DNA from: an uncultured Rivularia sp.
Lineage (GTDB): Bacteria > Cyanobacteriota > Cyanobacteriia > Cyanobacteriales > Nostocaceae
Direction: 5' to 3'
Length of the DNA: 64,000 bases
Assembly: GCA_963665115.1 (NCBI GenBank)
Contig: OY762007.1
Location: 1,248,001-1,312,000 of the forward strand
The notes below the pieces were generated by a model. The model was not told the DNA's origin. It saw only the letters and a program-made list of their open reading frames with translations, and did not search any database. Numbering within the stretch: position 1 is the first letter of the stretch; the number at the start of each line of letters is the position of its first letter. The translations under genes and the position numbers were made by a program. Below are positions 10,741-21,379 of this stretch, piece by piece.

Positions 10741-11832
10741 ATGGTACAGTCTGAATTACAACGTACAATTACGACCTCAACCGATAGCGATTTGGTTGTT
10801 AAACCCACCTCTCAAAGTAATGTTGTAGAAAGAAGCGATTATTCCCAGGTATGGGAAAGATTCTGTCAATGGGTAACTAGTACCGATAATCGTCTTTATA
10901 TTGGCTGGTTTGGACTGGTGATGATACCTACTCTTTCCATAGCAGCTATCGTTTTTATAATTGCCTTTATTGCTGCTCCTCCCGTAGATATGGGTGGTTT
11001 GGGAGAACCAATTTCTGGTTCTTTACTTGATGGTAATAATATTATTACTGCTGCTGTTGTTCCCACTTCGGCGGCGATTGGACTGCACTTCTATCCGATT
11101 TGGGCAGCGGCTTCTTTTGATGAATGGCTGTGCAACGGAGGTCCATATCAGCTGATTGTGCTGCATTTTTTGATTGGTATTTATTGCTATCAAGATAGAG
11201 AATGGGAGTTAAGCTATCGTTTGGGGATGCGTCCTTGGATTAGTTTAGCTTTCTCTGCTCCAGTCAGTGCCACAGCCGCAGTACTATTAGTTTATCCAAT
11301 TGGACAAGGAGGTTTTTGTGAGGGAATGCCTTTAGGAATTTCGGGGACTTTCTATTTCATGCTGAAGCTACAAGCCGAACATAATTTTCTGATGAATCCA
11401 TTTCACATGATTGGAGTAGTTGGAGTTTTGGGAGGAGCATTCTTGAGCGCTATGCATGGTTCCTTGGTAACTTCGACTCTGATTCACAAATCCAGCAAAC
11501 ATGGTCATAAAAAACAAGCTTACGATTTTATGGCAGTTCACAATTATTTGGGAAGACTTGCGTGGTATCGCTTGAGTTTCACAAATAAGCGTAATTTGCA
11601 CTTGTTATTAGCAGTTGTGCCGGTGGTAGGGATTTGGTCTGCTGCCTTGGGTGTCGTCTCTATGGCATTCAACATTAATGGCTTGAATTTTAATCGGCAT
11701 ATACACGATAACCAAGAGTACGTAATTAATACCTGGGCAGACTCGATTAGCTGGGCCGACTTAGGAATAAAAGTAATGAACGAAGGCAAAATTCACTCTT
11801 TTCCCTTAGATTTATCATCTGGTAATTGGTAA
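10741..11832 (+). CDS. chlF: Chlorophyll f synthase-type (super-rogue) D1 paralog
   Basis: PsbA homolog with YQDREWEL (QD in place of MG), [26 protein letters not shown] and an extended N-terminus. Mn-site substitutions D61G, D170E, H332N, A344S. Adjacent to far-red psa genes. RBS AAGGAG upstream. Confidence 0.85.
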   Translation: MVQSELQRTITTSTDSDLVVKPTSQSNVVERSDYSQVWERFCQWVTSTDNRLYIGWFGLVMIPTLSIAAIVFIIAFIAAPPVDMGGLGEPISGSLLDGNNIITAAVVPTSAAIGLHFYPIWAAASFDEWLCNGGPYQLIVLHFLIGIYCYQDREWELSYRLGMRPWISLAFSAPVSATAAVLLVYPIGQGGFCEGMPLGISGTFYFMLKLQAEHNFLMNPFHMIGVVGVLGGAFLSAMHGSLVTSTLIHKSSKHGHKKQAYDFMAVHNYLGRLAWYRLSFTNKRNLHLLLAVVPVVGIWSAALGVVSMAFNINGLNFNRHIHDNQEYVINTWADSISWADLGIKVMNEGKIHSFPLDLSSGNW

Positions 11833-12005
11833 TTGGTAGTTGGGCATTGGGGATGGGTAATTGGGCATCGGGAATTAGGAATATTATCTACCCCTTCTAC
11901 CCCCTCTACCCCCTCTACCCCTTCTACCCCCTCTACCCCCTCTACCCCCTCTACCCCCTCTACCCCTTCTACCCCCTCTCTCCTTGTCCCAATTCCCAAT
12001 CCCCC
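11820..12005. repeat. STRR heptamers flanking ~10 copies of a 9-bp tandem repeat (TCTACCCCY)
   Basis: TTGGTAA/TTGGGCA units at 11820-11880, 9-mer array at 11887-11976, CCCAATT units at 11988-12005. Confidence 0.9.
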
Positions 12006-12035
12006 TTGCCATATTTGAAAAAGGAGATAATTATA

Positions 12036-14404
12036 ATGACAATAACTCCAGAGCGAGAGCAAAAAGTAAAGGTAGTAGTTGACAAAGATCCGGTGCCTAC
12101 TTCTTTTGAGAAGTGGTCGAAACCAGGACACTTCGATCGCTCTCTTACTAGAGGTCCTAAAACCACAACTTGGATTTGGAATCTGCACGCCCTGGCTCAT
12201 GATTTCGATACTCATACCAGTGACTTGGAAGATGTATCTCGCAAAATCTTCGCTGCTCACTTTGGACATTTAGCAGTGATTTTCATCTGGTTGAGCGGGA
12301 TGTATTATCACGGGGCAAGGTTTTCCAATTTTGAATCTTGGATGACTAACCCCACTGGAATTAAACCAAGCGCTCAAATAGTCTGGCCAATATTTGGTCA
12401 AGATATTTTGAATGCCGATATGGGTGATGGCTTCCACGGTATTCAAATTACTTCTGGACTTTTCCAATTGTGGCGGGGTGCTGGATTTACTAATACTTTC
12501 CAGCTTTACTGCACGGCAATTGGAGCGTTAGTAATGGCAGCACTAATGCTGTTTGCTGGCTGGTTCCACTATCACAAACGCGCTCCTAAACTGGAATGGT
12601 TTCAGAATGTGGAGTCGATGTTAAATCACCACTTAGCTGGACTTCTAGGTTTAGGTTCGTTGGGTTGGTGCGGACACCTGATTCATGTTTCTTTACCCAC
12701 TAACAAGCTGTTGGATGCTGGGGTGGCTCTTAAGGATATTCCTTTACCTCACGAGTTCATTTTGAATTCCAGTTTAATGGGAAGATTATATCCCAGTGTT
12801 AATTGGGGTTTTATGAGTGGAGTAGTACCATTTTTTACTCTGAATTGGGATCGATACAAAGACTTTCTGACATTCAACGGCGGTCTAAACCCTACTACTG
12901 GTGGCTTGTGGTTAACAGATATAGCGCACCATCACCTAGCTATAGCTGTAATGTTTATTTTTGCGGGTCATATGTACCGCACTAACTGGGGCATTGGTCA
13001 TAACATCAAGCTTATGCTCGATGACCTGAGAAGTCCTAATATGCTGCCATTTTTGAGCTTTATTGGTCCTAGAGGTCATAAAGGTCTTTATGAAGTCCTG
13101 ACAACTTCCTGGCACGCTCAACTATCAGTCAATTTGGCGATGATGGGTTCTCTGAGTATGATCGTTGCCCATCATATGTATGCAATGCCGCCCTATCCTT
13201 ACCTGGCAACAGACTATGCCACAGTTTTATCTTTGTTCACTCACCATATATGGATTGGAGGTTTTCTGATAGTCGGTGCTGCGGCTCATGGTGCGATTTA
13301 TATGGTGCGCGACTACGACCCAGAAGTTAATTATAATAACGTACTCGATCGCGTAATTCGACACCGAGACGCAATTGTTTCTCACCTAGCTTGGGTGTGT
13401 CAATTCCTCGGCTTTCACAGCTTTGCAATGTATTGTCACAACGACACAATGCGGGCTTTTGGTCGTCCCCAGGATATGTTTTCGGATACGGGAATTCAAT
13501 TACAGCCCGTTTTTGCTCAGTGGATACAGCATATTCACACAATGGCAATTGGAAATCTAGGATTGCAAGCGGCTACACCTTTAGGCAATATGTTTGGGGG
13601 CTTAAGCAATTTACAAACCTCTGGACTGGGAATGACGGCTCCAAGTTTACACGAGCCTGTTAGCTATGCCTTTGGAGGCGGTATTCTTGCAGTGGCTGGT
13701 AAAGTGGCAATGATGCCTATTCCTCTGGGAACGGCTGATTTCTTAATTCACCACATCCATGCTTTTACAATTCACGTCACGGTACTAGTTCTGCTCAAGG
13801 GTGTACTATTTGCTCGCAGTTCCCGCTTAATTCCAGATAAAGCAAACCTCGGTTTCCGCTTCCCTTGCGATGGGGCCCTGGTCGTGGCGGTACTTGTCAG
13901 GTATCTGCTTGGGACCATGTATTCTTAGGACTGTTCTGGATGTATAATTCCCTGTCGATGGTAATTTTCCACTTCTTTTGGAAGATGCAGTCGGATGTCT
14001 GGGGGACGGTTGATGGTAATGGGGTAGTTACTCACATTACTGGTGGAAACTTTGCGATGTCATCGATTACGAATAACGGCTGGTTGCGGGACTTTCTCTG
14101 GGCGCAATCTTCCCAAGTAATCAATTCCTACAATAGTGCGCTTTCTGGATACGGGTTAATGTTCTTAGCCGGACACTTCGTTTTTGGCTTCAGTTTGATG
14201 TTCCTATTTAGCGGTCGTGGCTACTGGCAAGAACTGATTGAATCCATTGTTTGGGCGCACAACAAGTTAAAAATTACCACAGCGATTCAGCCCCGTGCTT
14301 TGAGCATTGTTCAAGGTCGGGCTGTGGGTGCTGCTCACTATCTCTTGGGAGGAATTGTTACTACTTGGGCATTCTTCCTAGCACGAATGAGCGCACTTGG
14401 TTGA
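12036..14404 (+). CDS. psaA2: Photosystem I core PsaA, far-red paralog; 2 extra bases at 13872-13878 split the ORF inside the FX motif
   Basis: MTITPERE start after AAGGAG. Far-red-type segments [14 protein letters not shown] and the long loop [31 protein letters not shown] is split across two frames; C-terminus is in ORF 13865..14404. Confidence 0.92.
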
Positions 14405-14453
14405 AGAAACATCAAAACTCTTGTTCGACTCTCGTACTCTCACTCTCGTGACT

Positions 14454-14558
14454 CTCGTTACTAGGCAGAGCCTAGTAATGGATAAAGGGAGGCTCTGCCT
14501 CCTGAGATGGAAGGCAGAGCCTTTAGATATGCATTCCCTGGCAGAGCCAGGGAACGAG
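14454..14558. repeat. REP-like multi-hairpin element (AGGCAGAGCCT family) between psaA2 and psaB2
   Basis: Four GGCAGAGCC/GGCTCTGCC-cored palindromes; terminal CTCGTT..AACGAG inverted ends. Confidence 0.75.
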
Positions 14559-14625
14559 GAGCGCAAAAACGAAAAAACCAACCTAGAATTCATAATTTTC
14601 CCTTACTCAAAAACAATGAAAGTTT

Positions 14626-16848
14626 ATGGCAACTAAATTTCCTAAATTTAGCCAAGACTTGGCACAAGATCCGACAACTCGTCGCGTTTGGTATGCGATC
14701 GCAACTGCTCACGATTTTGAAAGTCACGACGAAATGACGGAGGAAAATCTTTATCAAAGGATTTTTGCTTCTCACTTTGGTCATTTGGCGATTATCTTCC
14801 TGTGGGCTTCGGGTATTCTGTTCCACGTTGCTTGGCAAGGTAACTTTGAAGTTTGGATTAAAGATCCACTCCACGTACATCCAATTGCCCACGCGATTTG
14901 GGATGCTCAATTTGGACCACCAGCGATTGAGGCTTTTACTCAAGCTGGAGCGCATAATCCCGTAGATATCTGCTACTCTGGCGTTTACCATTGGTGGTAC
15001 ACCATCGGTATGCGGGCAAATAATGAACTTTATGGTGGTTCGTTGTTTCTTTTACTACTTGCGGCTGTATTCTTATTTGCAGGATGGCTGCACCTCAAGC
15101 CGAAGTTTCGTCCGGGACTTGCTTGGTTTAAAAACAACGAATCTCGTCTAAATCATCACCTAGCTGGTTTATTCGGTATTAGCTCTTTGGCTTGGGCTGG
15201 ACATTTGATCCATGTCGCAATCCCCGAATCTCGCGGTATTCATGTTGGCTGGAATAACTTTCTAGCTGTGGCTCCACACCCCAGTGGATTGTTACCGTTT
15301 TTCACGGGTAACTGGGGTGTTTACGCACAAAATCCGGATACGGCCAATCATGTATTTAGTTCTTCTGAAGGTGCGGGGACGGCAATTCTCACCTTTTTAG
15401 GTGGCTTCCACCCGCAAACAGAATCGCTGTGGCTAACAGATATGGCGCATCACCACTTGGCGATCGCAGTGATTTTCATTGTTGCGGGTCATATGTACCG
15501 TACCAATTGGAGTATCGGTCACAGCATGAAGGAAATGCTCAATGCTAAGAACTTTTTTGGGCAGAAGGTGGAAGGGCAGTTCAATTTACCTCACCAAGGA
15601 CTGTACGATACAATCAACAACTCTTTACATTTTCAACTGTCTTTAGCGCTAGCTTGTTTGGGTGTAGCGAGTTCTTTGGTGGCACAGCATATGTATTCGA
15701 TGCCGCCTTATGCTTTCATAGCTCGCGATTTTACTACAATGTCAGCGCTTTATACCCATCACCAATACATAGCCGGATTTTTGATGGTAGGGGCATTTTC
15801 TCACGCTGCGATTTTCTGGATTAAAGACTATGACTCAGAATTGAACAAGGGTAATGTCCTAGAAAGAGTTTTGCAGCACAAAGAAGCGATTATTGCTCAC
15901 CTGAGTTGGGTATCTCTATTCCTTGGCTTTCACACTTTGGGATTGTACGTTCACAATGACGTAGAGGTTGCTTTTGGTGCAGCGGATAAACAAGTCCTAA
16001 TTGAGCCAGTATTTGCTCAGTTTATCCAGTCGGCTCACGGAAAAGTACTCTACGGATTTAACACTTTGCTGTCGAACTCCGATAGTATTGCTTCGACAGC
16101 ATGGCCGAACCACGCTAACGTTTGGCTGCCCGGTTGGCTCGATGCAGTTAACAGTGGTGCGAACTCCTTATTTTTGACAATTGGTCCTGGTGACTTTTTG
16201 GTTCACCACGCGATCGCCTTGGGCTTGCACGTTACCACCTTGGTTTTAGTTAAAGGTGCGTTGGATGCTCGTGGTTCCAAACTAATGCCAGATAAGAAAG
16301 ACTTTGGTTACTCTTTCCCTTGTGATGGTCCCGGACGTGGCGGTACCTGCGATATCTCTGCTTGGGATGCTTCTTATCTAGGTGTATTCTGGATGCTCAA
16401 TAGCCTTGGTTGGATAACATTCTACTGGCACTGGAAGCATTTAGCTATTTGGTCTGGAAATGTCGCCCAATTCAATGAAAATTCTACTTATTTGATGGGC
16501 TGGTTCCGAGACTACTTGTGGAACTATTCAGCATCACTGATTAACGGTTACAATCCTTACGGTACCAATAACCTAGCTGTTTGGACTTGGATGTTCCTCC
16601 TCGGACATTTAGCTTGGGCTGTGAGTTTCATGTTCTTAATTACTTGGCGGGGTTACTGGCAAGAGTTGATTGAAACTCTCGCTTGGGCACACGAACAAAC
16701 ACCACTATCTTTTGGTTACTGGAAAGATAAGCCTGTTGCTTTGTCTATTGTTCAGGCTCGTTTAGTTGGCTTAACTCACTTCACCGTTGGTTATATTGCC
16801 ACCTATGGGGCATTTCTAATTGCTTCGACGGCAAGTCGATTTGGTTGA
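14626..16848 (+). CDS. psaB2: Photosystem I core PsaB, far-red paralog
   Basis: [20 protein letters not shown], intact [12 protein letters not shown], far-red-type [17 protein letters not shown] and [15 protein letters not shown]. Confidence 0.95.
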   Translation: MATKFPKFSQDLAQDPTTRRVWYAIATAHDFESHDEMTEENLYQRIFASHFGHLAIIFLWASGILFHVAWQGNFEVWIKDPLHVHPIAHAIWDAQFGPPAIEAFTQAGAHNPVDICYSGVYHWWYTIGMRANNELYGGSLFLLLLAAVFLFAGWLHLKPKFRPGLAWFKNNESRLNHHLAGLFGISSLAWAGHLIHVAIPESRGIHVGWNNFLAVAPHPSGLLPFFTGNWGVYAQNPDTANHVFSSSEGAGTAILTFLGGFHPQTESLWLTDMAHHHLAIAVIFIVAGHMYRTNWSIGHSMKEMLNAKNFFGQKVEGQFNLPHQGLYDTINNSLHFQLSLALACLGVASSLVAQHMYSMPPYAFIARDFTTMSALYTHHQYIAGFLMVGAFSHAAIFWIKDYDSELNKGNVLERVLQHKEAIIAHLSWVSLFLGFHTLGLYVHNDVEVAFGAADKQVLIEPVFAQFIQSAHGKVLYGFNTLLSNSDSIASTAWPNHANVWLPGWLDAVNSGANSLFLTIGPGDFLVHHAIALGLHVTTLVLVKGALDARGSKLMPDKKDFGYSFPCDGPGRGGTCDISAWDASYLGVFWMLNSLGWITFYWHWKHLAIWSGNVAQFNENSTYLMGWFRDYLWNYSASLINGYNPYGTNNLAVWTWMFLLGHLAWAVSFMFLITWRGYWQELIETLAWAHEQTPLSFGYWKDKPVALSIVQARLVGLTHFTVGYIATYGAFLIASTASRFG

Positions 16849-16862
16849 CGATTTTCACAATA

Positions 16863-16890
16863 TGTAAAGACGTAGCAATGCTACGTCTCT
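16863..16890. repeat. REP-like hairpin (AGACGTAGCA.TGCTACGTCT family)
   Basis: Perfect hairpin. Related copies at ~21660-21684, 24578-24603, 35930-35960 and 59802-59827. Confidence 0.75.
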
Positions 16891-16977
16891 GCATTCAATA
16901 AAAAAACCTATTTTTTACTACTATTATTAAAGCTGAGAAAACTTATTTTTGAGCTTTACAAATTTGTCATTCGACCT

Positions 16978-17021
16978 CCTCTGACATGAGAGCCAAAGCC
17001 TATTTGTTAGAGGTTTTTTTT
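16978..17021 (+). terminator. Possible intrinsic terminator between psaB2 and psaL2
   Basis: CCTCTGACA..TGTTAGAGG stem followed by T8; the loop is long. Confidence 0.4.
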
Positions 17022-17140
17022 ATGCTTAATTAATTGAAAAAGTATTGATTTTTGTGACAATTAAATATAAAAAAGTACATTCATTTATAAAATTAAGATA
17101 AGAGGATTTTCATAAGTAATAAAATAAAGAATAGGGAACT

Positions 17141-17653
17141 ATGGCTAATACCGATACAGAAATTATAAAACCATATCAAGGCAACCCCTTTGTTGCAAAT
17201 TTATCTACACCTATCAACGATTCTCCCCTAGCAAAAGCCTTTATTAATAATTTACCTGCTTATCGTCAAGGCTTAACTCCTTTTATGCGAGGTTTAGAAA
17301 TTGGTATGGCTCACGGTTACTTTCTAGTAGGACCAGAAGTTGTAGTTGGACCACTCCGAGAAACTGCACATGGGGCTAATTTAAGTGGATTAATTACCGC
17401 TATTTTTATCACTGTATCAGCCTGTTTGGGCATATCTATTTTTGCCTTGGCTACTTTTCAAGGAAATCCTCGCGGGGCTTATAACTCCTACTGCAAAGAT
17501 CCTTTAAGACCATTGCGAACTCGTGAAGAATGGAATCAACTTAATGGGGGAATATTTATTGGTTCAATGGGTGGAGCCGTGTTTGCTTACTTGCTATTAG
17601 AAAATTTTGATGCTTTAGATGCCATGCTTCGCGGTGCAGTTAATGTTGGCTGA
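17141..17653 (+). CDS. psaL2: Photosystem I subunit XI, far-red paralog
   Basis: NLSTPINDS, FINNLPAYRQGL, GLEIGMAHGYFL; far-red-type GPEVVVGPLRETAHGANL. Confidence 0.92.
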   Translation: MANTDTEIIKPYQGNPFVANLSTPINDSPLAKAFINNLPAYRQGLTPFMRGLEIGMAHGYFLVGPEVVVGPLRETAHGANLSGLITAIFITVSACLGISIFALATFQGNPRGAYNSYCKDPLRPLRTREEWNQLNGGIFIGSMGGAVFAYLLLENFDALDAMLRGAVNVG

Positions 17654-17716
17654 TGTTTGATTTTTGGGCTTAAATTTTCAATAGCTATTTACTTCTATCT
17701 AAGCAGGAGAATAATC

Positions 17717-17914
17717 ATGGTAGATATCACACAACTGACAGGAGAATATGCGGCTTCCTGGTTGCCTTGGATAATGATTCCTTTAATTTTTTATATCCTA
17801 CCTTTCCCCATTTTCGCTATCCTTTTTCTTTGGATTGAAAAAGAAGATATTGAAGAAGAAAGAACGGATATTCCAGTAAATCAAATGATGGGTAATGTCA
17901 CAAATATGGACTAA
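17717..17914 (+). CDS. psaI2: Photosystem I subunit VIII, far-red paralog
   Basis: MVDITQLTGEYAASWLPWIMIPLIFYILPFPIFAILFLWIEKE; AGGAG RBS before ATG 17717. Confidence 0.9.
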   Translation: MVDITQLTGEYAASWLPWIMIPLIFYILPFPIFAILFLWIEKEDIEEERTDIPVNQMMGNVTNMD

Positions 17915-18156
17915 TTTTTCAAGTTTTATTGATTGGCAGTGAGTGTGTGACAAGTAATAATTAGTAAGTAAAAAGTAATAAGTAACACCTCTCCCGCTAA
18001 TGGTAGAGGATTCAAGTAATAAATGCAGGTTTTTATTCGTCTTTAAAAGACGAGGCTTTGTACCATACTTCGGGCAATATTTATTACTTTTTACTTCTTA
18101 CTTCTTACTTAAGCCCGAAGGGCTTTGGTCAAAGCTGGCAATGATAAAGTAATGCT

Positions 18157-19197
18157 TTGTCGATCGCCGTAATTTCTATGTCCCTTTTATCGCTCCCCCA
18201 ATCGCTTCATCCAGATTTACCCCTCACTGCTCTTGCGCCGATGCAGGATGTAACAAACCTCTGGTTTATGAAGATTATTGCCGATTACGGCAGCCCTGAC
18301 TACTTTTTTACCGAATATTTTCGCGTGCGGGATGATTCGCGGCTCAATCCAAAAATTCTGGCTTCAATCACCGAAAATGATACCAATCGCCCCGTTTTTG
18401 CTCAAATGATTGGCGAAAGTATCCCAGATTTAGTCAGAACAGCGCGAGAACTTTGTCGCTACAATATTGCTGGAATTGACTTGAATCTAGGTTGTCCGGC
18501 ACCTAGAGTTTATCGTAAAAATGTTGGCGGTGGATTGCTGCGAGAACCGGAAAAAGTGGATCGGATTTTAGCAGAATTGCGTTCAGCTGTGAACGATCGC
18601 CCTTTAACAGTTAAGATGCGCGTCGGTTTTGACAACACAGATAATTTTTACCCGATTTTAGATACGATTAATCGCCACAGCATTGATTTACTGAGTTTGC
18701 ACGGCCGCACGGTGAAAGAGATGTACCACGGTGAAGTAAAATACGATTTGATTGCTCAAGCAGTCAAAAGGGTGGATTGTCCGGTGCTTGCAAATGGTAA
18801 TATCAACTCAGCTGCAACTGCCCTCAAAGTGCTTTCTCAAACTGGTGCGGCAGGTGTGATGGTGGGACGCTGGGCGATCGCCAATCCTTGGATTTTTAAT
18901 CAAATTCGGCAGGCATTGCAGTTTGAGCCGATTTCGCCGGTTCCCTTGGTTGAAGTACGTAAATATATAGATAGTTTACGGCAAACCCCCGAAGCAATAA
19001 AAACACCGGAGCGAGCGCGTGCGGGACACCTTAAAATGTACCTCAACTACATCGCACTCTTAGTTGACACCGAAGGTCATTTTCTGCGGCTAATGCGAAA
19101 GACACAAACCGAGGTAGAACTGCTTAAACTTTGCGATCGGGTTCTCCTTGCCGATAGTAACCAAAACTTAGCCCTAGCACCTTACTCAAGCAATTAA
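18157..19197 (+). CDS. tRNA-dihydrouridine synthase family protein
   Basis: LAPMQ, DLNLGCP, TVKMRVG, LHGRT, ANGNI and GVMVGR motifs; true start may be ATG 18178. Confidence 0.9.
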   Translation: MSIAVISMSLLSLPQSLHPDLPLTALAPMQDVTNLWFMKIIADYGSPDYFFTEYFRVRDDSRLNPKILASITENDTNRPVFAQMIGESIPDLVRTARELCRYNIAGIDLNLGCPAPRVYRKNVGGGLLREPEKVDRILAELRSAVNDRPLTVKMRVGFDNTDNFYPILDTINRHSIDLLSLHGRTVKEMYHGEVKYDLIAQAVKRVDCPVLANGNINSAATALKVLSQTGAAGVMVGRWAIANPWIFNQIRQALQFEPISPVPLVEVRKYIDSLRQTPEAIKTPERARAGHLKMYLNYIALLVDTEGHFLRLMRKTQTEVELLKLCDRVLLADSNQNLALAPYSSN

Positions 19198-19353
19198 TTT
19201 GTTACGTGCAAGCAATCCGATGTTAATTAAATATTCGTTAAAAAGCTTTGCTGGTTTGCAGTAGATAGAATCTTAGTTTTTTCAAAGCTGGGAGATGTCA
19301 AAAACCGATAAAATACTTATATAAATAATACTGAATAAAAAAATACAAAGGGA

Positions 19354-19767
19354 TTGAAGCACGTAGTGGAAAAATTAAAAAGTTTGTTGTCATTGACTCT
19401 TGATGAACTTACAGAATACAGCACCGATGCTCGTAAAATAGAAAAATTGCGACGGAAGATTTGTTTAGCCGTACCAATGGCAGAACAAAGAAAGGTAAAA
19501 GAAGAATTATTGACGCAGATGCCTGCTGGTGAAATAAATAAAATTATCGAAGAACAACGGCAAACAGTAGCTTTACCGTTTTGGGGAATTGGTGGTTTAG
19601 GTTTGTTGCTTGGAATTTCACTTCATCAACCCATCGGCTTGTTAGCTGCAATCGGCGGTACTTTTGCTGCCATTAAAATTCAGAAATTAGGTTGGGAAAT
19701 GCAAGCCAAGCGACTTTTACTGCAAACACTTGAAGATATTGAAGTTCGTTCTAAGCAACCGAATTAA
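19354..19767 (+). CDS. Hypothetical membrane protein
   Basis: 137-aa ORF with a hydrophobic hairpin (PFWGIGGLGLLLGISL..IGLLAAIGG). Confidence 0.7.
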   Translation: MKHVVEKLKSLLSLTLDELTEYSTDARKIEKLRRKICLAVPMAEQRKVKEELLTQMPAGEINKIIEEQRQTVALPFWGIGGLGLLLGISLHQPIGLLAAIGGTFAAIKIQKLGWEMQAKRLLLQTLEDIEVRSKQPN

Positions 19768-19876
19768 AATGCATCTTCTATAGTTTGAGCAGAAAATAGA
19801 TGTCGCCAAACCTGCGGAATAATGCTTTCACGATTAGAAACCGGGAATCTAGCTATTGGTACAAGATGTGCATTTT

Positions 19877-20148
19877 AACTTACATCTTGCACCAGTTGTA
19901 ATAACTGCCTTGGAATTTATTCCAAGGCTTATACACAAAGTCCGATCAATCAGACTGAGCAAAGATTCCAGTAGGTTTTAATGTACTATGGCGTTCCACT
20001 ACGCCCTCGCCGCACCTGCGGTGAACGCTAACGTATATTAGCCGCATCAATTGATTTCTCTACGTTCACGCGGAGCGTGCGGGCTAGAAAGCCTCCGGCT
20101 TACAAGGTGGTTGTGAAGGCTGAACGAAAATGGTGCAATATGTCAGTT
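19877..20148. mobile_element. MITE-like element with nested palindromes
   Basis: Imperfect 18-bp terminal inverted repeats AACTTACATCTTGCACCA / TGGTGCAATATGTCAGTT; an extra similar end at 19857-19874; no ORF. Confidence 0.55.
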
Positions 20149-20315
20149 TTAACGTACTTGCTTTGTTAGCCTGGGAATTGATTTGGAGGCGGATTTAAAG
20201 CTAGTGGATAATGTTGAAAATGTCATGTTTTACATTTTGTACCATTATCAAAACCGCCGGGTAATCTAATTTAAATACCTACGCAATGTTACTTCTAAGA
20301 GGATGTTTTAAAAGT

Positions 20316-20597
20316 CTAATTTAATACTTTACTTGTTGCTGAATCACATATGCCCCCAATATATGATGTGTTTTTTAATGTACATAGTGGCTCGTTAGGA
20401 TTACATTTATCAATCTCGTCTTCCAAAAACTTGAGATTAGATACCGCAGAGTTTAGAAACTGTCGAACTTCAAACTCCTTATTATCTTTGGAGATCAAAT
20501 TGGGGACAATTGCAGATCCGATCGCCCCAAGCATTCCCAATAAAGCAACCACAACTGGAATGGTATTTTGACCCGATTTGTTGCCTTTTGAACTCAT
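20316..20597 (-). CDS. Hypothetical membrane-anchored protein, possibly a truncated second gene cassette
   Basis: Starts 48 nt after the attC core site and has an N-terminal TM segment. Stop abuts AGAGGATGTTTTAAAAGT, which resembles a cyanobacterial IS/MITE end. Confidence 0.5.
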   Translation of the reverse strand: MSSKGNKSGQNTIPVVVALLGMLGAIGSAIVPNLISKDNKEFEVRQFLNSAVSNLKFLEDEIDKCNPNEPLCTLKNTSYIGGICDSATSKVLN

Positions 20598-20644
20598 GAC
20601 TGATGTACTGGATTGATTTTATCTTCACTGTTATGACCGAAGCG

Positions 20645-20717
20645 GTCTAACGCTTCGCATCAGCGGTAGACAAAGCGCGTAGCGGTTTGGCGATCCGGCT
20701 GCATACGCTTGTTATAT
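20645..20717 (-). other. Integron attC recombination site (73 bp)
   Basis: Minus strand: R'' ATATAAC (overlaps TAA of the methyltransferase), 5 nt, L'' TATGCAGC, central region, L' GCTGATG, 6 nt, R' GTTAGAC. L'' carries the extra unpaired base. Confidence 0.8.
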
Positions 20718-21359
20718 TTTGTGTAATTTCTTTGCTGCAACAAAATAGCTAGATGCTCCTTTGAATATTTCTTCGGACTCAATGGCCTCGAGTTCCCCTT
20801 TTGCTAACAAAATGTCTATGTCACTACTTTTTATTCTTCTAATTGGAATGGGAATTACTCCAAACTTACACAATATCCGAACCAGCTGTATCTGGAGATT
20901 AACTAAAAATGACATCTTTTGCCCTAAGCAAGGCGTTACAGAAATAAATATGCCGTCAGGCTTTAACAGGTCATTTATTCGATACACAACATTTTGCGGA
21001 TTGGGTACTGTGTGCAACATGTTGAAAGCTAGAATCATATCAAATGATTCATTTTGAAATTTATCTTCAAATAAGTCCGCCTTTTCGAAGTGTACATTAT
21101 CAATTTTACTAACAACTGCTTTCTCTTTTGCTATCCGAATCATCTCAGATGAGATATCGATACCTTGTATTTCTTTCACCTGACTGGAAAACTCACAGGA
21201 TGCTGTGCCGGTTCCGCATCCATAATCCATAACGATATAACTATCTTTGAGGTGCTTTTTGGTGTTCTCCCTTGCCTTTTTATGGATGTATTCAAAACGC
21301 TTTTCTGTCTTGTCATAATTTTTTGAAGCCTTATTCCAAAAATCTTCCGACTTATTCAT
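20712..21359 (-). CDS. Class I SAM-dependent methyltransferase (gene cassette)
   Basis: FWNK..YD, MDYGCGTG, GIDIS, FDMILAFNMLH and LKPDGIFIS motifs; AAGGAG RBS. Confidence 0.9.
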   Translation of the reverse strand: MNKSEDFWNKASKNYDKTEKRFEYIHKKARENTKKHLKDSYIVMDYGCGTGTASCEFSSQVKEIQGIDISSEMIRIAKEKAVVSKIDNVHFEKADLFEDKFQNESFDMILAFNMLHTVPNPQNVVYRINDLLKPDGIFISVTPCLGQKMSFLVNLQIQLVRILCKFGVIPIPIRRIKSSDIDILLAKGELEAIESEEIFKGASSYFVAAKKLHKI

Positions 21360-21379
21360 TGTTTATAGCTCCTTGAAAA

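Noticed and set aside
10741..11832. Calling this gene an ordinary psbA or the far-red psbA3
   Set aside because: QD motif and loss of D61, D170 and H332 are incompatible with a normal oxygen-evolving D1.
11826..12035. 70-aa N-terminal extension of PsaA (YPL repeats) and overlapping PST/EGV-repeat ORFs
   Set aside because: These are translations of the STRR and 9-mer repeats; a good RBS and the canonical PsaA start are at 12036.
13865..13880. Programmed ribosomal frameshift in psaA2
   Set aside because: No canonical slippery heptamer; the same insertion pattern affects unrelated genes.
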